Shown here one piece after another: positions 49,223-63,555 of a stretch of DNA of 63,666 nt; position 1 is the stretch's first letter; each line of letters opens with the position of its first letter. The notes below the pieces were generated by a model. It was not told the DNA's origin. It did not search any database and saw only the letters and a program-made list of their open reading frames with translations. The stretch is from contig NC_068997.1 of NCBI RefSeq assembly GCF_001194135.2, forward strand, positions 50,457,484 to 50,521,149. The letters are read 5' to 3'. The DNA comes from Octopus bimaculoides. Its lineage: Eukaryota. The position numbers and the translations under genes are program-made.

Positions 49223-51094
49223 TGGAGTATAACACTTCATTTTACATTGCTCCCGTCCACAATTTGTAAATGAGAAACCCCACAATAGACTGGTGTCCTG
49301 TTCAAAGGTAGTATTGTGATCGTGGTCACTCATACACCATTGAAACTAAATGACCAACCCTATGAGTCTTGGGACTTGAGACTGTAATGTCTAGAAGTTG
49401 ATGATGATGATGATGACGATGAAGTTTCAGAGAAGGACCACACACGAATTTAACTGCTCCACATGTGATTACCTTATCATAATCCTCATATTTCATTGTT
49501 TGTGATAATATTAACAGCATTAACATTGAAGAGTACAATAGTTGTATGTAATTACGTTTACTATTTCTTATCAAGCTGAATCCAGCATTAACTGGGTGAC
49601 TGACTTAATATCAAAAGCTTGCAAACAACATGATGTTGTGAGGAGCGAGAGGGGACACCCCGTTTCTCACTAAACAAACTGTAGTCAGATATTGACAAAA
49701 AAACAGACAAGGGTGACTATGAGTTTGCATCTCTTAATGAAATTAAATATATCGCTTAATAAAATGCCAGTCAGCAGAATATTTTGTTGCATTATGTATT
49801 TCCCGATTGTCTCAGTCATTGCGCTGTGGCCATGCTGGGGCACCACCTCGACGGGTTTGGCATAACACATGAACCCCACTACTTATTGTTTTTTGAAGTC
49901 AAGTAATTATTCTATTGGGCTGTGTTTGCAAACTGCTAAATCCTGCAGACATAAACAAACCAATACTTGTCAAGCAGTGGTAGGGGACAAACACAACACA
50001 AAGATACACACACACAGATATACACACACATTCATATATATATANNNNNNNNNNNNNNNNNNNNNNNNNNNNNNNNNNNNNNNNNNNNNNNNNNNNNNNN
50101 NNNNNNNNNNNNNNNNNNNNNNNNNNNNNNNNNNNNNNNNNNNNNNNNNNNNNNNNNNNNNNNNNNNNNNNNNNNNNNNNNNNNNNNNNNNNNNNNNNNN
50201 NNNNNNNNNNNNNNNNNNNNNNNNNNNNNNNNNNNNNNNNNNNNNNNNNNNNNNNNNNNNNNNNNNNNNNNNNNNNNNNNNNNNNNNNNNNNNNNNNNNN
50301 NNNNNNNNNNNNNNNNNNNNNNNNNNNNNNNNNNNNNNNNNNNNNNNNNNNNNNNNNNNNNATATATATTACAGAGTGTGCTGGGTACTTTTTATGTGCA
50401 TTTACATAGCACTGGCACAAGTGCATTTTATGTGGCACTGACACAAGTGCATTTTATGTGACACCAGCACCTGCAAGACAAAGACCTCTCAGCTGGGAGT
50501 GGGAATGGGGGGGGGGGTATGGCCACAACAGATATGCCTGTATTCATGGATGGCTGCAAGGATTTCTCCTTGGAGGCATGTGGCTTAGTGGTTAGGGTGT
50601 TAGACTCATGATCCTAAGATTGTTGTTTCAATTCCTGGACTGGGTGATATGTTTTGTTCTTGAGCAAAACACTTCATTCCACATTGCTCCTGTTCATTCA
50701 TTTGGCAAAAATGAGTAATCCTGCAATGGATCGACATCCTGTCCAGGTGGGGAATTTATACGCCATGAAACTGTGAAACTGGCCTTTATGAACCAGTGTG
50801 ACTCAAAAAGGAAATTTTACCGTTCTTTTCTTTTTCCTAGGTAAAAAATGGTTGAGAACCACTGTGCAAAAGGGTTAAATGACTGAGATTATAAACCCCA
50901 ACCGCTGAACAGGATGTTAGTCCCTTACCTGGGGCTGGAAAAAAAAATCTACCACCACCACCACCAAGAAAATCTTGCATGTAGTGAATTTGAACCTAGG
51001 ACCTGTGTGGTCAGTCACTGCAGCACCTTATTCCTTCAGTCATGTGACACACCACAAAAAAAGAAGGAAGACAAAAAGGGATGGAATCACTCAC

Positions 51095-51236
51095 CAGCTC
51101 TGTACCATGGCCACTGAAGGCATTTGTAGAAGATTGTCTGGCAGAAGGTTGATTTCCTTCATTATATTGGCAAGCCTAACAGGCAATTCTTTACGCAGAA
51201 ATTCAAATGAAGTCCTTTCACAAGCATTCTGACTAC
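51095..51236 (-). CDS. PDK: Pyruvate dehydrogenase kinase, coding exon 2 (142 bp)
   Basis: Minus strand ...ccattgacag|GT AGT CAG...AGC TG|gtgagt encodes (G)[46 protein letters not shown](W), the PDK '[12 protein letters not shown]' motif; phase 1 in, phase 2 out. Confidence 0.97.
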
Positions 51237-51294
51237 CTGTCAATGGAAAAATAAAATGGAAACAAATTAGATTCTAACAATCAAAATATAATGC

Positions 51295-51356
<62 letters not shown>

Positions 51357-54300
51357 CAAGAATTGGCAACAGGTTGGTTGCAGCTCACAAATGGGTCAGT
51401 GACCTTTTCAACAAAAAGAATTAAAAAAAAATTTAATGTATTCATGAGCCATTGGATAGGTAATGGCTTCTAAATAGTCTTTTGTGACAGAATTGGTTTA
51501 ATGTATGTTTATATAAGTATTGAACAGTGATGGAAATGGGCGGTGGGGTATGCGAGGATATTTTTACATAAAGAGGTTATATAACTCTGTGTTACAAAAT
51601 TAAAATTTTTTTGTCTTTGGTCAGCAAGTGTTATTTCCTATTTGCTTCTATCTAGAAACTAAAGGAAATTACTACTAATCATTCCCTTCAAACTTTGCTT
51701 TTGCAACCTGGGTATCAATGTTTTGAAACTGGCCTGTTTTCCATTACAGATTCATCACTGAGTTGCTGAAGCAGAAATATCGTTATAGCAAATATTCTGC
51801 ACTATATCACAGACCATTAGCTTTAGTCAACCTGGGACTATAATAGAAAAATCTTGCCCAAGGTGTCATACAGTGGGACTGAACCTGAAACCATGTGGTT
51901 GGGAAGCATATTTCGGAACTACACAGCTAAGCTTGCACCTATCCCATGCCTTCATATATCACACACACATAAATACTATACATTTCCTTATCCTACATAC
52001 TAGTCAGATAAACTAAGTCAATCACCTGATTTTCCAAGATAAACACGGCTGCATATTTCATGCTTTTCTCAAGGATATCAATGCGACCAAACCACATCAA
52101 CAGCAATTAAAATCTGGGTCAAAGTGATTTCTAATGCAGTTTATTTATGATTGAAGTAAATCATGATGATACTTGAAACTTTTGTGTGGTTGCATAGCCC
52201 TTTGTCAGTGTATATATATATGTATCATCATCATCATCATCATCATCATCGTTTAACGTCCGCTTTCCATGCTAGCATGGGTTGGACGATTTGACTGAGG
52301 ACCGGTGAAACAGGATGGCAACACCAGGCTCCAGTCTGATTTGGCAGAGTTTCTACAGCTGGATGCCCTTCCTAACGCCAACCACTCAGAGAGTGTAGTG
52401 GGTGCTTTTACGTGTCACCCGCACGTTTCAGTCATTTGACTGGGGCCATGCTGGAGCACCACCTTTAGTCGAACAAATCGAACCCAGAACGTATTCTTTG
52501 TANNNNNNNNNNNNNNNNNNNNNNNNNNNNNNNNNNNNNNNNNNNNNNNNNNNNNNNNNNNNNNNNNNNNNNNNNNNNNNNNNNNNNNNNNNNNNNNNNN
52601 NNNNNNNNNNNNNNNNNNNNNNNNNNNNNNNNNNNNNNNNNNNNNNNNNNNNNNNNNNNNNNNNNNNNNNNNNNNNNNNNNNNNNNNNNNNNNNNNNNNN
52701 NNNNNNNNNNNNNNNNNNNNNNNNNNNNNNNNNNNNNNNNNNNNNNNNNNNNNNNNNNNNNNNNNNNNNNNNNNNNNNNNNNNNNNNNNNNNNNNNNNNN
52801 NNNNNNNNNNNNNNNNNNNNNNNNNNNNNNNNNNAGAGAGGCACAAGCACATACACAGACATATACACACACAGCAGTAACTTCCACCTACCAAATTCAA
52901 TCACAAGGCTTCGCTCAGCCCGGGGTTATAGCAGAAGACACTTGCCCAAGGTGCCATGCGGTGGGACTGAACCCAAAACCATGTAGCTGGGAAGCAAGCT
53001 TCCTAACCACACAGCCATGCCCGCGCCTATATATATATATATATATACGAGTTTCAAGTCAAGGATTTAATATAAGTCCAAACAGCAAGATTCATGTGGA
53101 AGCAAATACCAGCCTGAGCGATACCCAGGCTACAGTGGAGAAGGCAAGCCAATGGATTTTACTAAAAAGAGACAATGAACAATGGCTAGAAGAATATTGA
53201 GTGAAGGCTAGTAACTAGTTGATCTAGCAAGTGGGGCCTCATTTCAATGGGGTGGGGGTGGCAGTGAGCAATAATGTTGTTGAGAGGAAGGCCCTGGTGA
53301 CCCCTATAAGCTAGTTACTGTCTGGTATGCAGAGCTTTTAACTGGTAGCACTTGCATCTGCAAGTTGTTTGCAAATAATAAACATAGGCAGAAGTGTGGC
53401 TGTGAGATAAGAAGTTCGCTCCCAAACAACAAGGTTCCAAGTTCAGTCTCACTGGTTGGCGCATTAGGCAAGTGTTTTCTACTAAAGCCTCAGGCCAACC
53501 AAAGCCTTGTGGTTCGGTTTGGTAGACGGAAACTGAAAGAAGCCCATCATGTGTGTGTGTGTGTTTGTGTTTGTCCCCTCTTGACAACCAGTGTTAGTTT
53601 GTCCCTGTAACTTTAGCAATTCCGCAAAAGAGACCCTTAGAATAAGCGTAAAAAAAACAAAAAAGTATTGGGGTCCAATTCATTCAACTAAAAACTCTTC
53701 AGGGCTGTGCCCTAGTCAGTCATTCAGTCAGTCTGCATGCCTGTCTGTCTGCAGTAGACCACATATTAAAGAATCACTCACTGTTTCTTATCATTGTTAG
53801 AAATATCTGTGTACAGACATGTAATTACATTTTGCCAATAATAAACTTCCTCATAATTGTTATTTGTGCAATACTGATTTGTTATATGTTGCTATTGTTA
53901 ACGTCAATGTATGCATTGTTTGTTGTTGGGTTTTTATTTTGTTGTTTTGAGTTGTTTGAAACATGTTTGGTCACAATCTAGTTTTTTATGTATTGTGTAT
54001 GTACCCAGCTGAACAGCGACATATATAAATAGAAACTAGAAGACATTGCCATTGGAAGGCAGCAGACTTGAAATGTTAACTTAACTTTCAACAATGTTCC
54101 TTGTTTCAAAGTTGTTATTTTTATTCAGCTGCACCTTCAAAGAAACATGAAAATAGGAGTGGGGAATGCAAGATGAGGATGGATCTTCTGAAAGGTCACT
54201 TGACCCATTTCCAAGAAAAAGAATTCTTTATTTTTACAGCTTAGCAACAGAAGAAAATACATCATCATCATCATCACCATTTTTTCCATGCTTTGAATCA

Positions 54301-55067
54301 GTCAGATGAAATTTGTTGAAGCAGATTTTTACAGGCAGTGGACGTTTTTTCTTACTGAAGTATGATAAATTGAAAAGAGTTCTTTATATTTCATGGTAGG
54401 CAAATCAGGGTTGCCAGGTATACAAATGAGAATTCAAGAGTTAAGGAATGGCTCATATCTACTCCATTCCTTAATTCTTATAAATATATATATATATATA
54501 TATAAATGGAACAAAAACACAATAGAGGACAGTAAAATATTCAGACAGATAGACGATACAAAGGCGGACAGGAGAAGCAATAATTAGAAGGACAAGGGAA
54601 AAAAAGAGGGGTCATTTGTGGCCTTCTTTCCTCAGTCAAGTTACCAGATGTCCTTACTGTTTCGGGCAATTACATCATATATCTATCTATCTATCAATAT
54701 ATATATATATATATATATGATGGTCTTCTTTCAGTTTCCATCTACCAAATCCACTAACAAGGCTTTAATTGGCCCAGGACCATAGTAGAAGACACTTGCC
54801 CAAAGTACCATGCAGTGGGACTGAACTCCAAAACATACGATTGAGAAGTCAGCTTCGTAACTACACAGCAATGCCTGTGTTGGACTAAAAATCTAAAAAG
54901 TTCACCATCTTATGACCTGCTAGAATAAAAATAAACAATCTCCCTCAAATCACAATCTCACTAGACAAGGTAACCCTAAAAAAATACAAAACATCATTGT
55001 ACATAGGCCTATTCAATCAGGGCTAACTTGATGCTATTTATGATCACAGGGAAACTTCAATATAGTC

Positions 55068-55482
55068 GTATAGGCGTAGGAGTGACTGTGTGGTAAGTAG
55101 CTTGCTTACCAACCACATGGTTCCGGGTTCAGTCCCATTGCGTGGCACCTTGGGCAAGTGTCTTCTACTATAGCCTTGGGCCGACCAAAGCCTTGTGAGT
55201 GGATTTGGTAGATGGAAATTGAAAGAAGCCCGTCATATATATGTATGTGTGTGTGCATATGTTTATGTGTCTATGTTTGTACCCCACCCCCCAACATCGC
55301 TTGACAACCGATGCTGGTGTGTTTACGTCCCCATAACTTAACAGTTCGGCAAAAAGAGGCCGATAGAATAAGTACTAGGCTTACAAAGAATAAGTCCTGG
55401 GGTCGATTTGCTCGACTAAAGGCGGTGCTCCAGCATGGCCGCAGTCAAATGACTGAAACAAGTAAAAGAGAAAGTAAAAGAG
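55068..55482 (+). mobile_element. SINE family A, young full-length copy; others at about 16921-17280(+), 21728-22110(+), 46218-46860(+), 49805-50040(-), 52424-53027(-), 53385-53715(+), 56050-56490(+), 59170-59525(-)
   Basis: Same head and tail; 7-bp TSD tatagtc (55061-55067 and 55483-55489). Confidence 0.9.
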
Positions 55483-58284
55483 TATAGTCTGTTGGTTACT
55501 CAACCAATTATATAATTAAATAAACCTCCCAAAGCACCAGTTCTTTTTGAGGTTACACCCTACTGTCTTTTAATCCTTTTGTTACCATATTTCTATTGAA
55601 ATATGTTGCCCTTGCTTCAATTAACTTTGAAAATAATGGAGAAATTAGTAACTTTCACATTATTAACTCTTTTGTTGCTATATTTCTGTTGAAATATGCA
55701 GCCATTGTTTTAATTAATTTTGAAAATAATGAAAAATTGAGTCAAATAATTTTGCCATTATTACGCTGGTCTTTGGAACTTAAATTAACATATTATGATG
55801 GACGATTTTGAATTAGATCACTTCAAAACAGGAAGTTTGTTTCATAGAACCAGGAGCAGTCTCCAGAGGGTTGGCATCAAAAGGATTTGGAAGAAAATTT
55901 AACATAGAATTTTGATGGAAATTTAGATCACTTTAACCCTTTAGCAATCAGATTATACAGTCAAAAGTAATGCTTATCTCTTTATGTTGTTTCACAACCA
56001 TCTCACAACTGCGTTTGTGGACATAGTTGTTACCTGTGAACAGTTTTATAGGTGCAGGAGTGGCTATGTGGTAAGTAGCTTGCTTACCAACCACATGGTT
56101 CAGGGTTCAGCCCCACTGCATGGCACCTTGGGCAAGTGTCTTCTACTATAGCCTCGGGCCGACCAAAGCCTTGTGAGTGGATTTGGTAGACAGAAACTGA
56201 AAGAAGCTAGTTGTATATTTGTATATATATATGTGTATGTGTGTGTATATATATATATGTATGTATGTATGTGTGTGTATATGTTTGTGTGTCTGTGTTT
56301 GTCCCCCCAACATCGCTTGACAACCAATGCTGGTGTGTTTATGTTCCCGTCACTTAGCGGTTCTGCAAAAGAGACCGATAAAATAAGTACTAGGCTTACA
56401 AAGAATAAGTCCTGGGGTCGATTTGCTCGACTAAAGGCAGTGCTCCAGCATGGCCCCAGTCAAATGACTGAAACAAGTAAAAGCGTTTTAAGTAGGAACT
56501 GGTAAAAGAAGAATGAACACACAATGCACATGTGCACACTGAGGTTGGTAAAAAGAGGAGAATAAAAACACAATGCGCATGTCAAAATAAAATGGAAGAG
56601 AAGTATAAAAATGCAACATCAAACAAGTTGTTTGATGGCCTGCATTCCACGTCTGACAACACTGTCATGCAGCTTTGCCACAATTCTCTTGTTTTGAATT
56701 AATCATACATTATCCAATACCTTTGAGATTTTGATGAGGTAACTGTGAATTTTTAGAATGATAGTTTAGGATTGGTGTGAGAGGTCAGATCTGGCCAGTT
56801 TGAACATAAAACAGGTAGAGTATTTTGGTCGGACAGGGCTGGTTTAAAACAGGGGATTTGTACCATTGTACCAGGGGCAGCCGTTTCAGGCTGGTTGTTG
56901 GCAAAAGAGTTAAAACAGAATGTTAGATAATATAGACTATGGCGATGTTTGCTGGTCCTCTCTATTTTACACCGTGTCTTTGTGATTGCAGTAGCAGTGG
57001 TGCTGATGGTATTGGTGGTGGTGGTGGTGGTTGGGGGAGTAGCAGAGTGGTAGTTTTAAATACTCAAAAACAAAGCAAAGCAAAAAAAAAAACAAAAACA
57101 TGACTAGATTTCAAATCACTGTTGTTTGGCTATTGTTGTGTCTATTTACATACATAGACAAGATTTGGTGTGTAAAGATAACAAGGGAGTGGAGAAGGGC
57201 GACCTCATGACAAATTGGGTTGTCATAGAGACAGGATGACTCTGACTGATGCCCCACCCTCCACCGCTGACACCCAACTTGTTCACAAATGGAACAAATG
57301 TATAAACGCCTGTGTGTGTGTCTCCTTGTCTTCACATCACATGATAGTTGTAAATGAGTGCCACTGTCATACAAGCAGGGTTGTTCATTTCTATTATTTT
57401 GTGAAAACATGCCTGGTCACCAAGGGGGGAAATATCACCTGGTCTGGAAACAGGTGAGGGTTGGCGACAGGAAAAGCATGTGGTCGTAGAAAATTCTGCC
57501 TCAATAAACTCTGCCCCAGCTAGAGAAAGCATGGACAAATGGATGCTAAAACAATAATGATGATGCTGGTGATATACGAAAACTCAGTGTAACCCTTTAT
57601 TAGAAGAGGGTCTTTGTTATAGTGAGGTGAAGAAAAGTTAGCAAGGAGGCTGGGAATGACATTCAGAATTTGGTCCAGGAATCTGTGTCACAGATAACCT
57701 CCATTTGCCAAGCAGTTCATCCCCACCCACCGCCATCATACATAGGGCTCCCACGATACGTAGTACTCCCTCTTCTACCCCACATTACGCTGTTGTCGTT
57801 CTCCCACCCTCTTTAAAAGCCTAGTCTCTTTCTTCCACTCCCTCCTCTCTGACGCCCCTCCCCCCACTACCACATACTTATAGTTAAAACACACACACAC
57901 ATGTGAATATAATCATTAATAGCTGCTGTAATTAATTAATTAAACGAGAAAAGCAACAGGTGACACTGACAGGACCAGATTGCTGGTGGTTGTCATGGTG
58001 ATGGTGACAGTGAAGCACAAGGGTCTTGATTAACTTTGGCCTGTAGTAGTAGTAGTAGTAGTAGTAGTAGTAAAGGCAAAAAAGGAACAGCACTGTTAAT
58101 AGTAACATGGACAAGAGTTATACCCTCCCATTACCACCACCACTACTACCATCGCCACAACTATCACCAGCACCACCACAACGATGACGACGACGACGAC
58201 CACCACCACTGCACCACCGCATGGTCCTTGCAAACATTTAGGCCAAGTTTTACTGAGAATAACTTCCTTCCTGCCATCGAAGAT

Positions 58285-58575
58285 TCATGGCCCAGTGGTT
58301 AGAGCGTCAGGTTTATAATCATGACGTAGTGAATTCGATTCCTGGACCGCGCTGTGTGTTCTGATCTCAAGCAAGACACTTTATTTCACGTTGCTCCAGT
58401 TCACTCATCTGTAGAAATGAGTTGTGACGTCACTGGTGCCAAGCTGTATCGGCCCCTTTGCCTTTCCTTTGGATAACATCGGTGGCATGGAGATTGGAGG
58501 CTGATACGCAAGGGCGACTGCTGGTCTTCCATTAACAACCTTGCCCAGACATATGCCTGAGAGGGTAAATTGGAA
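58285..58575 (+). mobile_element. tRNA-derived SINE family D; related copies at about 50575-50820 and 63205-63345
   Basis: Head catggcccagtggttagagcg...ttcgattcctggac followed by gcaagacactttatttcacgttgctccagttcactc. Confidence 0.7.
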
Positions 58576-58596
58576 CTGTCCCTCCTTTCACTAAGC

Positions 58597-58771
58597 CAGT
58601 AGTTCCCAACCCTTTTATTTAAATAAGTTTTTCCCACTGACCCCTTTTAATATGCTTATCCTTATACACACACACATATATATTTATGAAAATTTGAATT
58701 TAGTTCATGGATCCCCAATACTACCTTAGCGAACCAACAGGGATCCGCGGACCCCAGGTTGGGAACCACTG
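58597..58771. mobile_element. hAT MITE (175 bp)
   Basis: TIRs cagtagttcccaacc / ggttgggaaccactg; TSD cactaagc / ccctaagc. Confidence 0.85.
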
Positions 58772-61206
58772 CCCTAAGCCATAATGTTATGTATAGGATG
58801 CAAACCAGTTCTGCTTTTTAACCCAGTGGTTCTCAACCATTTTTCACCCACGGATCTCCTTTTGTTTCCTATTTTATTTCACTTAACCATTTGATGCTTT
58901 TAAAAAATCCTATTATATTTCTGTAATTAAATATTGATTTCAAATTTTGCCACAAAGCCAGAAATTTCGGAGGACAGGGGTAAGTCGATTATATCAACTG
59001 ATACTTATTTTATCGACCTCGATAGGATGAATGGCAAAGTTCACATAGGAAAATTTTGACCTCAGAACGTAAAAGCTGACGAAATGCAGCTAAGAATTTT
59101 GCTAGGTGTGCTAACGATTCTGCCAGCACGCCGCTTTTTTTGTAATCAAATATTATTAAGAATTCTTTTATTTATTTCAATCATCTAATTGCGGCCATGT
59201 TGGAGCACCACCTTTAGTCGAACAAATCGACCCCAGGACTCATTCTTTGTAAGCCTAGTACTGATTCTATTGTTCTCTTTTGCCGAACCGTTAAGTTACG
59301 GGAACGTAAACATACCAGCATCGGTTGTCAAGCAATGGTGGAGGGACAAACATAGACACACACACACATATATATTCAGTTTCCATCTACCAAATCCACT
59401 CACAAGGTTTTGGTTATCCCCAAGCTATAGAAGACTCTTGCTCAAGGTGCCAGGCAGTGGGACTAAACCCGGAACCATGTAGTTGGTAAGCAAGCTACTT
59501 ACTACACAGCCACTACTCCTGCGCCTTGTTTTAAACAATTTTTTAAATATTTTGTGTATTGCAGAAATATAACCAATTTATTGAAGATAGACTTGTGGTT
59601 ATTTAGAAAAAAAATGTTTGTGGGGTACAGACACACACACACGTTCGCGAACGAATATGTGAGGGGCTGGTCCTCGTTGACTGCAGGGGCGCTTGTGGTT
59701 GACAAGGCCAATGCGCTGAAACATCATATATATACAGATGCGCACATATTTGTGCTTATAGATGTGTTTATGTGAATGCATATGTGCATGTGGGTATGCA
59801 CAACCATATTTACAAAAGGACATACGCACACATAGCTTATATATCATACACGCACAGATACATAAAACACACATACACATATATATATCAACACACAGAT
59901 TGTGTTACCATCTCTTATACAGGTTCCAATTATGCCGAGAACATTCCTATGAGCACACACACACACACACACACACTCACTTACGCACATATATATATAT
60001 ATATACACATCCAAACTTACACACACACACACGCATACATATAGATACATCACAAACATACACACACTTAAATAGCACTGTTATGCTAACACACACAACC
60101 ACGTACAGATATATAGATACATACTTACAGGCTTAAACACACACATGTAGTCACATCGCAACTGTAACATGTATCTCTCTCTACATCACAAACACACACA
60201 CATTTAAACAGCACTGTTGTACTAACCCACACATACATACATTTAAGTAAATATATACACACTAGCATGAAGGGAAAGTAATAAATACATGCAGACAATA
60301 AGATGTGCCCGCAGGCATATGCACACGACACCGGCACACACACACAAACGTATATATACACGCACACATACATACATGTGTACATCAGCCGCATAGGTAT
60401 TAGCGTATACTCACAGAGCACGCACATAAATAAATGTACTAACATATACACACAAGCACATGCGCGCGCGAGCGAGCACATACATACATACGCACGCGCA
60501 CAAACACACAAAGTTATTTAAATGCAAGCTTCAGGGTTCAGTAAAGACGTTTAAACTATAAGAGAATAGAATATAAGAGAGGAGAGAATGAGAGACAAAA
60601 AGTGAGGGAGGGAGATAGAAAGACAGGGAGATTGAGAAATAAAGAGAAAAAAAGAGAGAGAGATAGGAAAGAAAAAAGAGATACAGAGGAGGTAGGAAAA
60701 AGATACAAAGAAGAGGAAGGAGAGACGTAGAGAGAGGTGGGGAAAGGAGAGTGTCAGTGTGAAGGAGAGAGAGGAAGGTGTATACGCCAGTGCGTGCGTC
60801 TTTTGTGTATGTATCGAACAGGAGGTGTGACGGTGGTAAGAGAGGGGGAGGTAAAGAGCTGATCGACTTTAACATAGTAACTCACATAATGGCTTCATGA
60901 AACAAGCTCCTCGGATCTAGAACGGAAACTGTTATCATATATACCATATATTCCTTGTAGAAATTATATGTTTTGTGTGCATTAAAATCCGTACAGACCC
61001 ACAAACTACACCACACATTCGCACACAGATGCTTACGGGTATTATATATATATATATACACACACACATACTGCTCTGTTATAGTCGCAATCCAATGCCT
61101 GGAACAAATAAAATATTTTATATCTTATATACAGACACTCCCGTCGAAGACGACGTATGAGTGTTTAGCTTTTGCAGAACGACCTGTACAAATGATTTAT
61201 TTATAG

Positions 61207-61589
61207 CAGGGGTGGAGAAACCTCCGCCCGCGAGCCTATTTTATTGCTCTCGCGGGCTGGTATACTTGTATGTACAAAATATAGTAAATTTTTCAATTAT
61301 AAAATTTATACAATATTCGTATGTGACTTAAAACGGTTTGACTCAGACATAAAATCGTCCGGTAATAAAACACATTTTGCTAAGTTTGCGCCACTCCCGT
61401 GAGACCCAACTTACTTCATAAGTAATATAAACGTCTTAAATTCAGTGGTGACGTTAATGAAAATGTTACGCGTTAATTTAATGCCTTAAACTAATCTCTT
61501 TTCATGTGTCTCGAATTATATAGATAGAAGTGTTAGAACTTGTGATCCGCCCGCGGACCTTGTTTTGGGGAAATTTTCCCCCGCTCCTG
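61207..61589. mobile_element. hAT MITE (383 bp)
   Basis: Imperfect TIRs caggggtggagaaa / ttttcccccgctcctg; TSD atttatag / gtttatag. Confidence 0.7.
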
Positions 61590-63508
61590 GTTTATAGTGA
61601 TCAAATATTCGTGCTGCACATTAGCTCACTCTCTCGATCAAATCGACGTTGTCTGAACACGTGCATTGTGTACCACGCATCATGTGGTTTTGAATGTATT
61701 TTTGCTTCTTTGGGCTTTTTTTTTTTTTTGCATGCTGGTAACGAAAATCGTATTCATCCCCCCCCCCCCGCCTAGAAATTAATAGTAAGTTACAAGCATT
61801 TAAAATTATGTAACTTTTACCAATCGGCAGCCTCCATTGTCAGATATACCGGACGCCGTGACTGTCATCTTTGGGAATAGCAAGCACACAAGGAACCTTT
61901 ACGTCGACCACCGACCTACTAGAAATAGCAGCTAAATCTTCCTTAAACTACACAATACCGTCTCAAAAAAGGACAAAACTGTGTCATAGCCCCGTTTATT
62001 TCCTCACTTGTGGAAGGTCCAAGCGCTTTCCACTTACGTGTTAATAATTTCTAAATGAAAGTCAATTTATTGAACTCACGACTCTTAACTAGGCTCCACA
62101 GACTGATATAAAATGTATTTTCTCTTCTGTTATGTTAAAACTGTCTTTCAAGGATTGGTAGTGGAGAAAGAACAGCATCATCATCAACAGTACACTTCAT
62201 ACGATAACAAAATGTCTTTCAAACTCAACTTAAAACCTCTCTGTTTGAAAACATTGCAAGTATTGCATCATTTGGGGGAGTGTAAAAAAAGGTCAGCATA
62301 GTTATTAACATGCTAGCTAATTTTTATTAACACATACGATGATGCAATACTTGCAATATAACAGTTCCAAACAGGTAGGAAAAAAAGAACGAAAAAAAAT
62401 CACCAATTACTTATGTTGCCCCAATGCATCTAACCAATTCTTTCTCTACCCCTGCCACCGAGCTCAAATTCCGCCACAAGGGACTTTTGCCTTTCGACCT
62501 TTCCGGGACGATAAAATAAACACCAGTTGAACACTGGGGTTGATATAATCGACTTATCCCACCCCGAGATTGCTGGCCTTGTACCAAAATTCGAAACATA
62601 TATAATATATATTAGATGGGGTTGTCACAACTGGAAATGCCTTTGATCAATAAGCCTGGGCTTAACAACAACAGCCACTAACCAGACCATCTTTTATATT
62701 AAAAGATCGTCTGCTTAGTGGCTGTTAGTGAAATCTTATGAGGAGGTGGGAGAGAAAAGACGTTTGTGGTTAAGGGATGAGGGAGGGTAGAAGAGGAATG
62801 CCAGAATATTAAGATATTGCAAGAAAGAAGTGTCTGGCCTCTTATCTCCAGGATAATAAGCTGTACTTTTCCTCAACCCTCTGCTATCGCTGCTGAATTC
62901 TCGAATCTTGAGATGATCTTTCTTACTGATATGGAGCTGATTAACTGCTATTTAGTGATGACACATCCTCTAGAAGCGGATTTTAATAAATCAAGAATTT
63001 ATATTGTACGGCGTTTGATATACCTGTAATCATAGTTATTTCTCTTGGCTCATGTTTGTTTATATTATGTCTCAACCAACACAAGCAGAAAGTCTCTACG
63101 TAGTCAATCACTCGACACGTTAGAAACAGTAGCCAAGACAAGAGCACATCTGATAATGTAGTCAAGATATACACTAAGCTGAAGTCCCGAGCCTACATGT
63201 GTCTTAGAAGTTAGACTGGCTTGGCTCACCGTCATAATGTCGTAGGTTCAATTCCTGGACAGGGCGGTACGTTGTGCCCTTCAACAAAGCACTTTATTTC
63301 ACGTTGATCCAAATTTACTCAACGAAAAATGAGTGGTGGTACAGCTCCCGCTCTCTCTCTCTCCCTCTTTCAAGTAGTCACATCCTAGATGAGCTGCTGA
63401 AACAAAGGGCAGGGGAGGCAAGTGAGTGTCTAGGCCTGCTCGCAACTATACCTTGAACAATTAGCGAAAACATCGTACAGGCTCCCAGCTCATACTCATA
63501 CGGCTGAC

Positions 63509-63555
<47 letters not shown>

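Noticed and set aside
60886-60928. Alternative first exon MKPL(C) spliced to exon 2
   Set aside because: The phase fits, but a similar ATG-plus-donor coincidence also occurs at 53782-53794 (MIRN), showing such matches arise by chance; neither has homology or promoter support.
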